Notes: generated by a model from the letters alone, not told the origin. Counted from the first letter of the stretch, positions 1 through 8,596 are shown. The stretch: 54,344 nt of DNA from Calditrichota bacterium (GCA_016867835.1 VGIQ01000004.1:1-54344); one strand, 5' to 3'. A program made the numbers and translations.

Positions 1-764
1 TCGACCCGAACGTCGATCCCATTCCCGCAGATTCTATTCAGTGGAATATTCAGGTGCGCGGCGTCATTCGAGCCTTCGAGCCTAATCTCCCCGAATTATT
101 CCTCGAGCCGCGTCAGGAAGCGACCTTCGAACTAATTCCCTTTAATGCCAACAACGACTCCATCGAGTTCTGGTGGACGCTGAACGAAGCCGACACCCTG
201 TCCACTCAGTCCACTTTGTCCATGTCGTTCCAAGACACCGGCAGGTATGTCGTGAGCGGGTATGCGCGAGAGCGGGTGAGCGAGGATGAGTGGGAGGAGG
301 ACGTGCAGGTTTGGGTTGTCAATGTCCATTCTCTAAGTGCTGGACTGGATCCCCGCCTGCGCGGAGATGACGAGGGGGAAAGCGGGGATGACGAGGGGAA
401 AAGCGGGGATGACGGGGGGGGAAGAAGGGATGACGCGCCACTCTCGCTTACGATTGCTCCGAATCCCTTCAACGATCAGGCGACGGTGACGATTGATCTT
501 GGAGGGCGGGCATTCCTGCCTGCCCTAAGGGCGGACAAGAATGTCCGCCCTCCAAGTGCGCAAGTGGGGGGTCTCTTGCCGGTCCGGCTCAGCCTCTACG
601 CGCTCGACGGCCGGGAAGTCCTTCGCCTCCACGATGGCCCTCTATCCCCCGGCACCCATCAGTTCAGATTCTTCACTTCGTTCAAAATGACTTCGGGGAT
701 CTACTTCCTGCGCTTTGGCACCCCCGGCCAGTCTATCACGAAAAAAGTGCTATTGGTCAAGTAG
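1..764 (+). CDS. Secreted protein, C-terminal part (5' end outside window), ending in a T9SS-type C-terminal sorting domain
   Basis: The frame of ORF 54..764 stays open back to nt 3. The C-terminus IAPNPFNDQATVTIDL...LSLYALDGREV...SGIYFLRFG...KKVLLVK fits the Por/T9SS CTD pattern. Acidic GDDEGxS repeats lie upstream. Confidence 0.75.
   Translation, partial: DPNVDPIPADSIQWNIQVRGVIRAFEPNLPELFLEPRQEATFELIPFNANNDSIEFWWTLNEADTLSTQSTLSMSFQDTGRYVVSGYARERVSEDEWEEDVQVWVVNVHSLSAGLDPRLRGDDEGESGDDEGKSGDDGGGRRDDAPLSLTIAPNPFNDQATVTIDLGGRAFLPALRADKNVRPPSAQVGGLLPVRLSLYALDGREVLRLHDGPLSPGTHQFRFFTSFKMTSGIYFLRFGTPGQSITKKVLLVK
363..433 (+). repeat. In-frame 21-bp tandem repeat (about 3 units, GDDEGES/GDDEGKS/GDDGGGR) containing a G8 homopolymer at 414-421
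   Basis: ggagatgacgagggggaaagc / ggggatgacgaggggaaaagc / ggggatgacgggggggg... read directly from the sequence. Confidence 0.7.
504..550. repeat. Twin-hairpin element (family R2: GGGCGGACA-loop-TGTCCGCCC) located inside the CDS
   Basis: gggcgggcattcctgcctgccc + taa + gggcggacaagaatgtccgccc. The same two-hairpin architecture occurs at 6466-6513, and related hairpins at 10293-10370. Confidence 0.75.
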
Positions 765-844
765 TTGCTCTCGTATGCAGGGAGCTGGATTTTAAAGTCC
801 TGGTCCCGAACATTGATAATGTTTAACAGGCCTTAAGCGGACTA

Positions 845-1216
845 CTACACTTCCCTATCTTCCCCGCCCGCAGGGTCGCCCGAAAGCCGGTCAGCCAAAT
901 CACCCAACAGCGGCAATCTGAACGGACGGCCATTAAACGCCGCCCATATCCCCAAAACCGCCATCACCAACACCGCCAGCCAGAGAATCTTGTAAAAGGT
1001 CGGCACGGTAACCAAGAAGAGGACGACCTCAACTGCAAAGAGGATCATCCCTTGCCGCGCATGTTCCCTAAGTTCCGGCTTTTCACGGCTCTGCGACCAT
1101 GTGTAGAGGCAGAAAACCGGCACATAGGCAAGCATCGTCTCCCAGGGAATCTCGGTCGTCTCCGGGACTGCCTCACCTTCGAGGTCGTGACGGGGGGGTC
1201 GGTCTGAATCGTCCAT
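845..1216 (-). CDS. Small integral membrane protein, DUF4870/Tic20-like
   Basis: 123 aa with two or three hydrophobic helices. The motif ...SQSREKPELREHARQGMILFAVEVVLF... resembles DUF4870-type proteins. Family assignment is by eye only. Confidence 0.55.
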   Translation of the reverse strand: MDDSDRPPRHDLEGEAVPETTEIPWETMLAYVPVFCLYTWSQSREKPELREHARQGMILFAVEVVLFLVTVPTFYKILWLAVLVMAVLGIWAAFNGRPFRLPLLGDLADRLSGDPAGGEDREV

Positions 1217-1316
1217 AGTGATGTTAATGTTAAAGCGAACTGTAGGAGGGTGATTGGCGATGGCCGACTAACAGTGCCAGCCTATGACACATTGTATCAC
1301 AATGTCGCTCACCCGA

Positions 1317-1346
1317 TTGACATTAGCATTGGCATTATCATTAGTC
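1317..1346. repeat. Hexamer-periodic tract TTGACA TTAGCA TTGGCA TTATCA TTAGTC abutting and overlapping the proS stop codon
   Basis: Five consecutive 6-nt units of the form TTNNCA. Same family as 7867-7914, 1217-1234 and 54115-54138. Confidence 0.55.
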
Positions 1347-3068
1347 TGCTTCGTCCCTCAGCATCGGGCGGCACTCTTCAAGAATCTCCTCGACTGCAAT
1401 GGCTATCGACGATGGATCGACGAAGTTCCGTGCACCGGTCCAGCGGTTTTTTAATTCAACGGTGCCGGATGCGAGGTTGCGCGGAGAGACGATTACCTGA
1501 GCCGGAGCGCCCATCAAATCGGCATCCTTCATCTTGACGCCGGCGCGGGCGTCACGGTCGTCAAGCAGCACCGCAAGACCCTCTTCTTCAAGCAGCATCT
1601 CTATATCCCCGGCTACCCGCGTGACATCGTCTTCGCCGCTTCCGAGTGGAATTATTACCGCATCGACTGGCGTAAGCGCGCTGTTCCAACGAATGCCATC
1701 GCCATCGGCCTGGCCTTCGACCGCCGCTGCAAGTATGCGTTCGATTCCGATGCCGTAACTGCCCATCACAATCGGCCGCTCGCCCCCGCTTTCGTCGAGA
1801 TAGACCGCCCCCATGGCCGAGGAATACTTCGTGCCGAGTTTGAAAATGTGCCCGAGTTCAATGGCGCGAATAAGCCTTAAGCCCTGACCGCAGACCGGGC
1901 AGCCTTCGCCTTCGCGCACTACGCGTAGATCGACATATTCGTCCGGACGGGCGTCGCGCGCCAGATCGAGGCCGGATACGTGGTGATCGGCACGGTTGGC
2001 GCCGGTGATCATCCCGACGGCATCCTCAAGCCTGAGGTCGGCATAGACCGGCATGGTCCGGTTTCCATGCGGACCGATATAGCCGACTTCGACGCCGAGC
2101 CATTCCCGGACTTCATCGGGATGAGCCGGCCGGACCAGTCCTCCAGCAGCCTTCATCAATTTCGCTTCCGAGATTTCGTCGTCGCCGGCTACGAGCGCCA
2201 TAAGCGGCCCGCTGCCGGTGGCAAAGATGAGCGTCTTGACCATCCGAGAAGGGTGAACCTGCAAATATGCTGAGACTTCATCGACGGTGCGCTGTCCCGG
2301 TGTGGCAACTTCGTTGAGGGTTCCTGCCTCCCCTTGATCGGGCTTTTCAACTACCGATGAAGCCACCTCGATATTTGCCGCATAGCCGCACGATGGACAA
2401 CGCGCAATGGTATCCTCGCCGGCGTCAGATTCTACCATAAACTCCTGCGACTGGGCTCCTCCCATAAGCCCTGACGATGCTCCGACAATGAAGTAGTCGA
2501 GTCCGGCGCGTTGAAATATGCGCTCATAAGCCTGCCGGTGCAGGTCGTAACTGCGGTCGAGGCCCTCTTCGTCGCGGTCGAGGCTATAGGAATCCTTCAT
2601 GATGAACTGGCGCATCCGGAGCATACCGCCGCGGGGGCGGGGTTCGTCCCGGAACTTGGTCTGAATCTGAAACCAAATCTGCGGCAGGTCGCGCCACGAG
2701 CGAATTTCACCCCGGGCGGTGGCGCAAACGACCTCCTCGTGCGTCGGCGCAAGGCAGTTGATGCGGCCTTTACGGTCGGTAAGGCGGAAGAGTTCTTCGC
2801 CGAAATCGGTCGCGCGACCGGTTTCATTCCAGATGTCGATCGGATTAAGCGCGGGAAAGTGGAACTCCTGCCCTCCGATCCGCTCCATTTCCTCGCGGAC
2901 GATCTGCTCGGCCTTTCGGGCCGCGCGCCAGCCGAGCGGCAAAAATGTCCATATGCCGGCCGAAAGCGGCCGGACCAGCCCGGCGCGCAGCAACAACTTG
3001 TGCGACGTAGCCACGGCGTCGGAGGGCGTTTCCTTCAGCGTCGGCGCGAAATACTGGGAACGGAGCAT
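1341..3068 (-). CDS. proS: Prolyl-tRNA synthetase, bacterial type with insertion/editing domain
   Basis: 575 aa. The N-terminus MLRSQYFAPTLKETPSDAVATSHKLLLRAGLVRPLSAGIWTFLPLG closely parallels E. coli ProS. Class II aaRS motifs and an anticodon-binding C-terminus are present. Confidence 0.95.
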   Translation of the reverse strand: MLRSQYFAPTLKETPSDAVATSHKLLLRAGLVRPLSAGIWTFLPLGWRAARKAEQIVREEMERIGGQEFHFPALNPIDIWNETGRATDFGEELFRLTDRKGRINCLAPTHEEVVCATARGEIRSWRDLPQIWFQIQTKFRDEPRPRGGMLRMRQFIMKDSYSLDRDEEGLDRSYDLHRQAYERIFQRAGLDYFIVGASSGLMGGAQSQEFMVESDAGEDTIARCPSCGYAANIEVASSVVEKPDQGEAGTLNEVATPGQRTVDEVSAYLQVHPSRMVKTLIFATGSGPLMALVAGDDEISEAKLMKAAGGLVRPAHPDEVREWLGVEVGYIGPHGNRTMPVYADLRLEDAVGMITGANRADHHVSGLDLARDARPDEYVDLRVVREGEGCPVCGQGLRLIRAIELGHIFKLGTKYSSAMGAVYLDESGGERPIVMGSYGIGIERILAAAVEGQADGDGIRWNSALTPVDAVIIPLGSGEDDVTRVAGDIEMLLEEEGLAVLLDDRDARAGVKMKDADLMGAPAQVIVSPRNLASGTVELKNRWTGARNFVDPSSIAIAVEEILEECRPMLRDEAD

Positions 3069-3186
3069 TAGAGTGGTGAGGAATCCTATGTGATGTTATC
3101 CTGCACAATTTAGGCTCTTCTTCACCATTCCGCAAGGTGTTATTGTGGCGACGTGCAGGCTGCAAAAGGGCGGTGTCGCTTCCCTG

Positions 3187-3216
3187 TTGACTCAAGTGAA
3201 CACCAGAGGGTATATT
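3187..3216 (+). promoter_or_regulatory. Putative sigma-70 promoter for the methylase-leuC-acyP operon
   Basis: TTGACT (3187-3192), 18-nt spacer, TATATT (3211-3216). ATG at 3228 implies a very short leader. Confidence 0.4.
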
Positions 3217-3227
3217 GCAGATAGGTT

Positions 3228-4175
3228 ATGGCGACCGTTTCAACCCCACATGCCGCGGCTGCAACCGGCGCACTTGCTCGAATCCCGGCATTGTCTGCAC
3301 TTCTGCCTGACTGTCTGGTCGCCGGAGACAATCTACCACTCCTGCGCCGGATGGAGCCGTCGTTTGTCGATCTGATCTATCTCGACCCGCCCTTCATGAG
3401 CGGGAGACGCTTTGGCAGCGCCTTCGATGACCGCTGGAACAAACCGGATTCGAGCGCTGCAGAGGACGGGGAGTCCGCCGCTATGCCTCTCGCGATAGGG
3501 GAACTGATCGATTGGGTCTCCCGCCGGATAAGTCGGTCGCACGGTCGCTACCTGACTTTCATCGCGATGCGGCTGGTCGAATGCCACCGGATATTGAAAC
3601 CGACGGGCAGTTTGTATCTCCACTGCGATCCGACGGCGGGAGCCTACTTGCGACTGCTCGCCGACGCGATCTTCGGACCGCTCCAGTTTCGAAACGAAAT
3701 CGTCTGGGCCTACCGGAGCGGCGGATCCACAGCGCGGCGCTTTGCCCGCAAACATGACACGATACTCTATTACGCTCGCGACGCAGAGAGGTGCTTCTTT
3801 CAAGTGCAGGTCGAAAAGTCCTATAACCGCGATCTAAAGCCCTATCGCTTTAGGGGCGTAGCCGAGTCGCAGGACGAGATCGGCTGGCACACCCTGGTCC
3901 GCATGCGGGATGTCTGGGAGATTCCGATGGTAGGTCGCACGTCAAAGGAACGAACCGGTTGGCCGACTCAAAAACCGGAGGCATTGCTCGCGCGCATTAT
4001 CGCCGCATCGTCAATGGAGGGTGATCTGGTGCTCGACCCCTTCTGTGGCAGTGGAACGACTATCGCCGTCGCCGCGCGGCTCGGTCGAAGGTGGATCGGC
4101 ATCGACCTGAACCCGGCTGCAATCGATATCGCACAATCGCGACTCAGTGCAGGCGACGCCACTCGAAGATCATAG
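3228..4175 (+). CDS. Beta-class (N6-adenine/N4-cytosine) DNA methyltransferase, no adjacent restriction gene
   Basis: LIYLDPPFMSG (motif IV, DPPF) precedes the C-terminal DPFCGSGTT (motif I), which is the PF01555-type order. The TAG stop overlaps the next gene's GTG (TAGTG). Confidence 0.85.
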   Translation: MATVSTPHAAAATGALARIPALSALLPDCLVAGDNLPLLRRMEPSFVDLIYLDPPFMSGRRFGSAFDDRWNKPDSSAAEDGESAAMPLAIGELIDWVSRRISRSHGRYLTFIAMRLVECHRILKPTGSLYLHCDPTAGAYLRLLADAIFGPLQFRNEIVWAYRSGGSTARRFARKHDTILYYARDAERCFFQVQVEKSYNRDLKPYRFRGVAESQDEIGWHTLVRMRDVWEIPMVGRTSKERTGWPTQKPEALLARIIAASSMEGDLVLDPFCGSGTTIAVAARLGRRWIGIDLNPAAIDIAQSRLSAGDATRRS

Positions 4176-5434
4176 TGCCCCACACCATCGCCGAAAGGAT
4201 CCTCGCCGCTCACTCTGGGCAGGCTGAGGTCGAGCCCGGACAACTCGTAACCGCCCGGCCCGACCGGCTGATGTCGCACGACAACGCCGCACTGGTGATC
4301 CGACACTTTCGCGAAATCGGCGTCGAGCGCGTCTTCGATCCGGCGCGTATAGTAATACCGCTCGACCACCGCGTCCCCGCCGAGTCCGAGCGCACCGCTG
4401 CGGCGCACAAAGCGATTCGCGAGTTCGTTTCCGAGCAGGGTATCGAGGCGTTCTACGACATTCGCGAAGGCATTTGTCATCAGGTGATGATCGAACGCGC
4501 CCACGCTCTGCCCGGCGAGTTGATCCTCGGCACCGACAGCCATACGACCTCCTACGGCTGCCTCGCCGCGGCTTCGACCGGCATCGGCGCAACTGAAATG
4601 GCCGCCGTCTGGGCCACCGGAGAACTCTGGCTAAGAGTGCCGACGACCATACGGGTAGAAACGAAAGGCATCTTCGGCCCTATGGTAGGTGCCAAAGACC
4701 TGGCGCTGCATCTGCTCGGGCTTTTGACTGCGCGCGGCGCCGACTACCGGTCGGTCGAATACTATGGCGAAGCCATTACTTCATTGGACGTCTCAGGTCG
4801 GTTCACGCTCTGCAACATGGCAATGGAGATGGGTGCCAAGTTTGCCATCGTCCCCTTTGACCAGCAAACGGCAGCCTATCTTGCCCGGCGGACAAAAAGC
4901 GAATTGAACGCTGTCTATGCGGATCGAGGCACCAACTATGAACGGGTCGTCGAGGTCGATTTGAGCCGCCTCGATCCGCAGGTGGCACTACCGCATCATC
5001 CGGACCGCGTGGTGCCGCTGCGAGATGCCGCCGGTCTTAGGCCCGACCAGATCGTCATCGGCTCCTGCACCAACGGGCGCATCGACGACCTCGAGATCGC
5101 GGCTCGGATCATTGGAGGAAAAACCCTCTCCCGGCACATCCGGCTCCTGATCGTCCCCGGTTCGCGAGAGGTCTATCTTGAAGCCCTTAGGCGCGGTGTC
5201 ATCGAAGCCCTCGTCGAAGCCGGTGCGGTCATTCTCAATCCCGGCTGCGGACCTTGCCTGGGAGCCCATCAGGGACTACTTGCCCCAGGCGAAAAGTGTC
5301 TTGCCACAACCAACCGCAATTTCAAGGGCCGGATGGGGAGTGGCGACGCGGAGGTCTATCTCTGCAGCCCGGCCGTAGCCGCTTCGACGGCGGTGTGCGG
5401 CGAAATCCCGTCTTCACTTGCCGACGTATGCTAA
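4175..5434 (+). CDS. leuC: Aconitase-family dehydratase large subunit (3-isopropylmalate dehydratase/homoaconitase LeuC-HacA type)
   Basis: VPHTIAERILAAHSG..., Fe-S ligand contexts GSCTNGR and NPGCGPCLG. Start set at in-frame GTG 4175, because 4091-4174 overlaps the methylase. Confidence 0.85.
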   Translation: MPHTIAERILAAHSGQAEVEPGQLVTARPDRLMSHDNAALVIRHFREIGVERVFDPARIVIPLDHRVPAESERTAAAHKAIREFVSEQGIEAFYDIREGICHQVMIERAHALPGELILGTDSHTTSYGCLAAASTGIGATEMAAVWATGELWLRVPTTIRVETKGIFGPMVGAKDLALHLLGLLTARGADYRSVEYYGEAITSLDVSGRFTLCNMAMEMGAKFAIVPFDQQTAAYLARRTKSELNAVYADRGTNYERVVEVDLSRLDPQVALPHHPDRVVPLRDAAGLRPDQIVIGSCTNGRIDDLEIAARIIGGKTLSRHIRLLIVPGSREVYLEALRRGVIEALVEAGAVILNPGCGPCLGAHQGLLAPGEKCLATTNRNFKGRMGSGDAEVYLCSPAVAASTAVCGEIPSSLADVC

Positions 5435-5709
5435 AGACCATCCGCATGGTCGCTTCCGGTCGGGTGCAGGGAGTCGGGTTTCGCGCTTTCGTCAAGGATG
5501 CTGCCGATGACTTCGGCCTGACCGGCTATGTGCAGAACCTCTTCAACGGCGAAGTCCGGGTCGTAGCGACCGGCGAGGAAGCCTTTATCAACCGCTTCAT
5601 CGACATCATCCGCCGCGGCAACGGACACTCACGAATCGAAGCACTTGAAATCGACTACCTTGATCGGACGGAAAGCAGCACCAACTTCAGCATCAAGAGG
5701 ACGGAATAG
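5428..5709 (+). CDS. acyP: Acylphosphatase
   Basis: 93 aa. MVASGRVQGVGFRAFVKDAADDFGLTGYVQNLFNGEVRVVATG is the classic acylphosphatase signature. ATG 5428 overlaps the leuC stop (ATGCTAA). Confidence 0.85.
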   Translation: MLKTIRMVASGRVQGVGFRAFVKDAADDFGLTGYVQNLFNGEVRVVATGEEAFINRFIDIIRRGNGHSRIEALEIDYLDRTESSTNFSIKRTE

Positions 5710-5732
5710 AACCAAATCACTCCCAAAAACTG

Positions 5733-6413
5733 TTGATCTTCGACGTCGATGGGACGCTTACCGACTCCGCCGGTCTAACCCGCGTCGCGCTTGAACGTGC
5801 AGCCCGTGAGATCTATGCTATCGATAACGCCACCCGCGGCATCACGGCCTATGGCCAGACCGACGTCAACATTTTTAGTGAGATTCTGGTCAATAACCGC
5901 CTCGCGGTCGAGGACTTTGAGGATCACTTCACCCGTTTCACCGGACGATATGTTACATTACTGGAGGAGATTCTCTTCGCTTCTCCCCGTCCGCGCCTCC
6001 AGCCCGGGGTGAAGGATTTGCTCCTCCGCCTGGTGCGCGAGTCGGGAATGAATATGGTTCTGGGAACCGGCAACATCGAGCCGGGGGCGCGCCTCAAACT
6101 GAAGCGGCATGGCATCGACCACTACTTTCCAACCGGCGGCTTCGGCAGCGACAGCGGCGTCCGCGCCGACCTCATCCGAATCGCCTATGAACGGGGCTGC
6201 CGGCACTTCGGGATTCCCTTTCCGCTTAAGGATGTCTGGGTGATCGGCGATACTCCCAACGATGTTGCAGCCGGACGCGCGCTCGGGTCGAAAATCCTCG
6301 CCGTCGCAACCGGGATGTACGCGCGAGCTGAACTCGAGACCTGTCAGCCGGATGCGTTGATGGATGACTTTTCGGACAACGACCGGTTCATCGATGTGAT
6401 TCGGAACGGGTAG
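5733..6413 (+). CDS. HAD-superfamily hydrolase (phosphoglycolate phosphatase-like)
   Basis: Motif I IFDVDGTLTDS, motif III/IV ...VIGDTPNDVAAG. Confidence 0.8.
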   Translation: MIFDVDGTLTDSAGLTRVALERAAREIYAIDNATRGITAYGQTDVNIFSEILVNNRLAVEDFEDHFTRFTGRYVTLLEEILFASPRPRLQPGVKDLLLRLVRESGMNMVLGTGNIEPGARLKLKRHGIDHYFPTGGFGSDSGVRADLIRIAYERGCRHFGIPFPLKDVWVIGDTPNDVAAGRALGSKILAVATGMYARAELETCQPDALMDDFSDNDRFIDVIRNG

Positions 6414-6465
6414 ACGGTGGGCATCACGACTGTTAATGGGTGCAATAATAGTGGTATTTATCAGT

Positions 6466-6513
6466 GGGACAGACATTCCTGCCTGTCCTATGGACGGACA
6501 AGAATGTCCGTCC
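6466..6513. repeat. Twin-hairpin element, family R2
   Basis: gggacagacattcctgcctgtcc + tat + ggacggacaagaatgtccgtcc. Same architecture as 504-550, with paired substitutions that keep both stems. Confidence 0.75.
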
Positions 6514-6558
6514 TACTGATACTACTATATGGCGCCCCTATTAATTATATCACGAGCC

Positions 6559-6599
6559 GCAGTATTACCTTGTTGCGTCCCCCCGCTTCGTGGGGGGAG
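6559..6599. repeat. Partial copy (one arm) of the ~138-bp R3 element
   Basis: gcagtattaccttgttgcgtccccccgcttcgtggggggag matches the first ~40 nt of 26874-27012, including the C6/G6 hairpin. Confidence 0.6.
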
Positions 6600-6627
6600 T
6601 ATTGGATATAATCCGCATCTTTTTGAT

Positions 6628-7038
6628 ATGAAGTCTCTAACCCGCTACAAGACCTTCAACACCACGCGCAAGCGCGATTACATCAACATCACTGCAGAGG
6701 TGCGGAAGGTCGTTAAGGAGTCCGGTATCGCCGAAGGTATGATCCTCGTCTCGGCGATGCACATCACGGCTGGTGTCTATGTCAACGATGCTGAAGATGG
6801 TCTCATTGCCGATATCGACGACTGGTTGGAACGCCTTGCGCCCTTTGCTGATTATCGCCATCACCGGACCGGCGAAACCAACGGCGACGCACACCTGAAA
6901 AGCCTCCTTGTTCACCATCAGGTTGTCGTCCCCATAACGAAGGGCGACCTTGACCTTGGACCTTGGCAGCAAATCTACTATGCCGAGTTCGACGGCAGGC
7001 GCCCCAAGCGCCTGATTATGAAGGTGATGGGTGAATAA
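6628..7038 (+). CDS. yjbQ: YjbQ/UPF0047 family protein (secondary thiamine-phosphate synthase-like)
   Basis: 136 aa from ATG 6628. ...ITAEV...[24 protein letters not shown]...W...L.P....YRHH......NGDAHLKS is typical of the family. Confidence 0.8.
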   Translation: MKSLTRYKTFNTTRKRDYINITAEVRKVVKESGIAEGMILVSAMHITAGVYVNDAEDGLIADIDDWLERLAPFADYRHHRTGETNGDAHLKSLLVHHQVVVPITKGDLDLGPWQQIYYAEFDGRRPKRLIMKVMGE

Positions 7039-7768
7039 CGTCGCCCCTGCCGAGCGTATCGGAAGCGATGCGGAGTGGTACTTCATTTTTCTACCTTCGG
7101 CAGGAGGACCCGCAGAATGGACTCTTTATGACTTGCGACGATCTGAGTTCCTGCATCCCAAAGTGGTGCTGAAATCGGATCACAGAAGTCTGGTTGGGCT
7201 GGTAGAAATTGAGGGGCGCAAGTTAGTCGTCAAACGGTTTATCTTGCAGGAAACCTGGTGGTGGTTCCAGTTCACATCGATCTTTTCCTCATCACTGGGA
7301 GAAATTGCTCATCGTAATGCCTTCGCCTTGAGTAAGTTGGGTATTGCCACCCCGGTGCCGATGTTCCATATTCTTAAACGCAGAGGCCGCATGTGCACCG
7401 GTGTATGTTTGGCTTATCCTTTCATCGAGGGTCGCCCGGCAACCATGGATGATGCGCCTGCGATTGTCGAGTTTATCAAGCGTATGCACAGGGCAGATTG
7501 GATCCATCGCGATCCGCATCCGAATAACTACCTCGTTACCAGTAGGGGCTTGGTGGCGCTGGATCCACTCCGCGCCCGGCATAGCCGCAGCAGGTACCTC
7601 AAGGCTTACGATGTGATGTTGCTCGAGCACGACCTTCCCGATGCGGTGGAACTCTACGGACGAGGCGATTTGGGCATATATTATCACCTGGCGGTAGCAG
7701 GCCATAATCTTGTCCGCTCCTGGCGCGGCCTGAAAGCAGTCGCGAGGAGGATGTTTGGTTCCACTTGA
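7031..7768 (+). CDS. Protein-kinase-like fold protein (lipopolysaccharide kinase/RIO-like family)
   Basis: Catalytic-loop-like [13 protein letters not shown] and a VVKRF lysine context. 8-nt overlap with yjbQ. Confidence 0.55.
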   Translation: MNNVAPAERIGSDAEWYFIFLPSAGGPAEWTLYDLRRSEFLHPKVVLKSDHRSLVGLVEIEGRKLVVKRFILQETWWWFQFTSIFSSSLGEIAHRNAFALSKLGIATPVPMFHILKRRGRMCTGVCLAYPFIEGRPATMDDAPAIVEFIKRMHRADWIHRDPHPNNYLVTSRGLVALDPLRARHSRSRYLKAYDVMLLEHDLPDAVELYGRGDLGIYYHLAVAGHNLVRSWRGLKAVARRMFGST

Positions 7769-7866
7769 GGTATGGTTACTAATTTTCACCCTGAACGAAG
7801 TGAAGGGTCTCCTCCGGACGAGATGCTTCACTGCAATCAGCATGACATTATAGGAAGTATCGGCAC

Positions 7867-7914
7867 TGATATTGGCATTAGCATTGACATTGCATTAGCA
7901 TTGACATTATCATT
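7867..7914. repeat. Hexamer-periodic tract (TNNCAT x about 8), including a perfect 17-bp tandem duplication, running into the mgtC ATG
   Basis: tgatat tggcat tagcat tgacat tgcat tagcat tgacat tatcat t|ATG. GCATTAGCATTGACATT occurs at 7875-7891 and again at 7892-7908. Confidence 0.7.
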
Positions 7915-8592
7915 ATGGAAGATCTAACCCGTATCGGAGCGCTCCTGCCGGGGATCATCGGCGGCCTTTTGACAGCGATCGTCTGTGGAGGATTGATCGG
8001 GCTTGAGCGTGGAATGCGCCGTAAGGCGGCGGGGCTGCGGGACTACATACTGGTCTGCTTCGGCGCAGCGCTCTACATGATGTCCGGCGAACTGCTCGGC
8101 ATCAGTCGCGGCGAAGGCGGCACCCCCGATCCCTCCCGCATTGCGGCGCAGATCGCGACCGCTATCGGCTTCCTCGGAGCCGGCGTCATTATCCACCGGC
8201 GCGGAGAGGTCGGTGGAATCACAACCGCAGCAGCGATCTGGGTGACCGCTGCCATAGGGATCGTCATCGGTGCGGGATATCCCCTGCTGGCGCTCATGGT
8301 AACCGGCGTCGTCCTGATGGCGTTGACTCTGCTCTACGGCGTGGAAGAGCGGTTAAGCCGCGCCCATCGCAAGTCGTTGCTCTTGAAAATCGTACTCCGC
8401 GAAGACACCGGCGAGGTCCGGGAACGGATCCAAACAGCCCTCCAGCGGCAGGGAGTGCAAATCGACGCCGTCCGCGCTGAGCGCGTTCCGAACGGCACCA
8501 AACTGACCATAACGGCGATGACCGGAGAAGATCCGAGAGCCTTGTTGGAATTGCTCTGGGTGACGCCGGGCGTCGTCGAAGTCGAACATTAG
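7915..8592 (+). CDS. mgtC: MgtC/SapB family membrane protein
   Basis: GGLIGLERGMRRKAAGLRDYILVCFGAALYM matches the MgtC N-terminal signature. An ACT-like C-terminal domain follows. Confidence 0.85.
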   Translation: MEDLTRIGALLPGIIGGLLTAIVCGGLIGLERGMRRKAAGLRDYILVCFGAALYMMSGELLGISRGEGGTPDPSRIAAQIATAIGFLGAGVIIHRRGEVGGITTAAAIWVTAAIGIVIGAGYPLLALMVTGVVLMALTLLYGVEERLSRAHRKSLLLKIVLREDTGEVRERIQTALQRQGVQIDAVRAERVPNGTKLTITAMTGEDPRALLELLWVTPGVVEVEH

Positions 8593-8596
8593 CATT

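Noticed and set aside
4091-4174. Upstream extension of the leuC-like ORF (ATG 4091)
   Set aside because: It overlaps the methylase C-terminus by 84 nt and translates to an Arg-rich non-homologous sequence. Homology begins at VPHTIAERIL, right after in-frame GTG 4175.
3228-4175. Restriction-modification or other defence system built around the two DNA methylases
   Set aside because: All flanking ORFs on both strands were read. Neighbours are metabolic or housekeeping genes, and no nuclease, helicase, specificity subunit or other defence-type domain was recognised.
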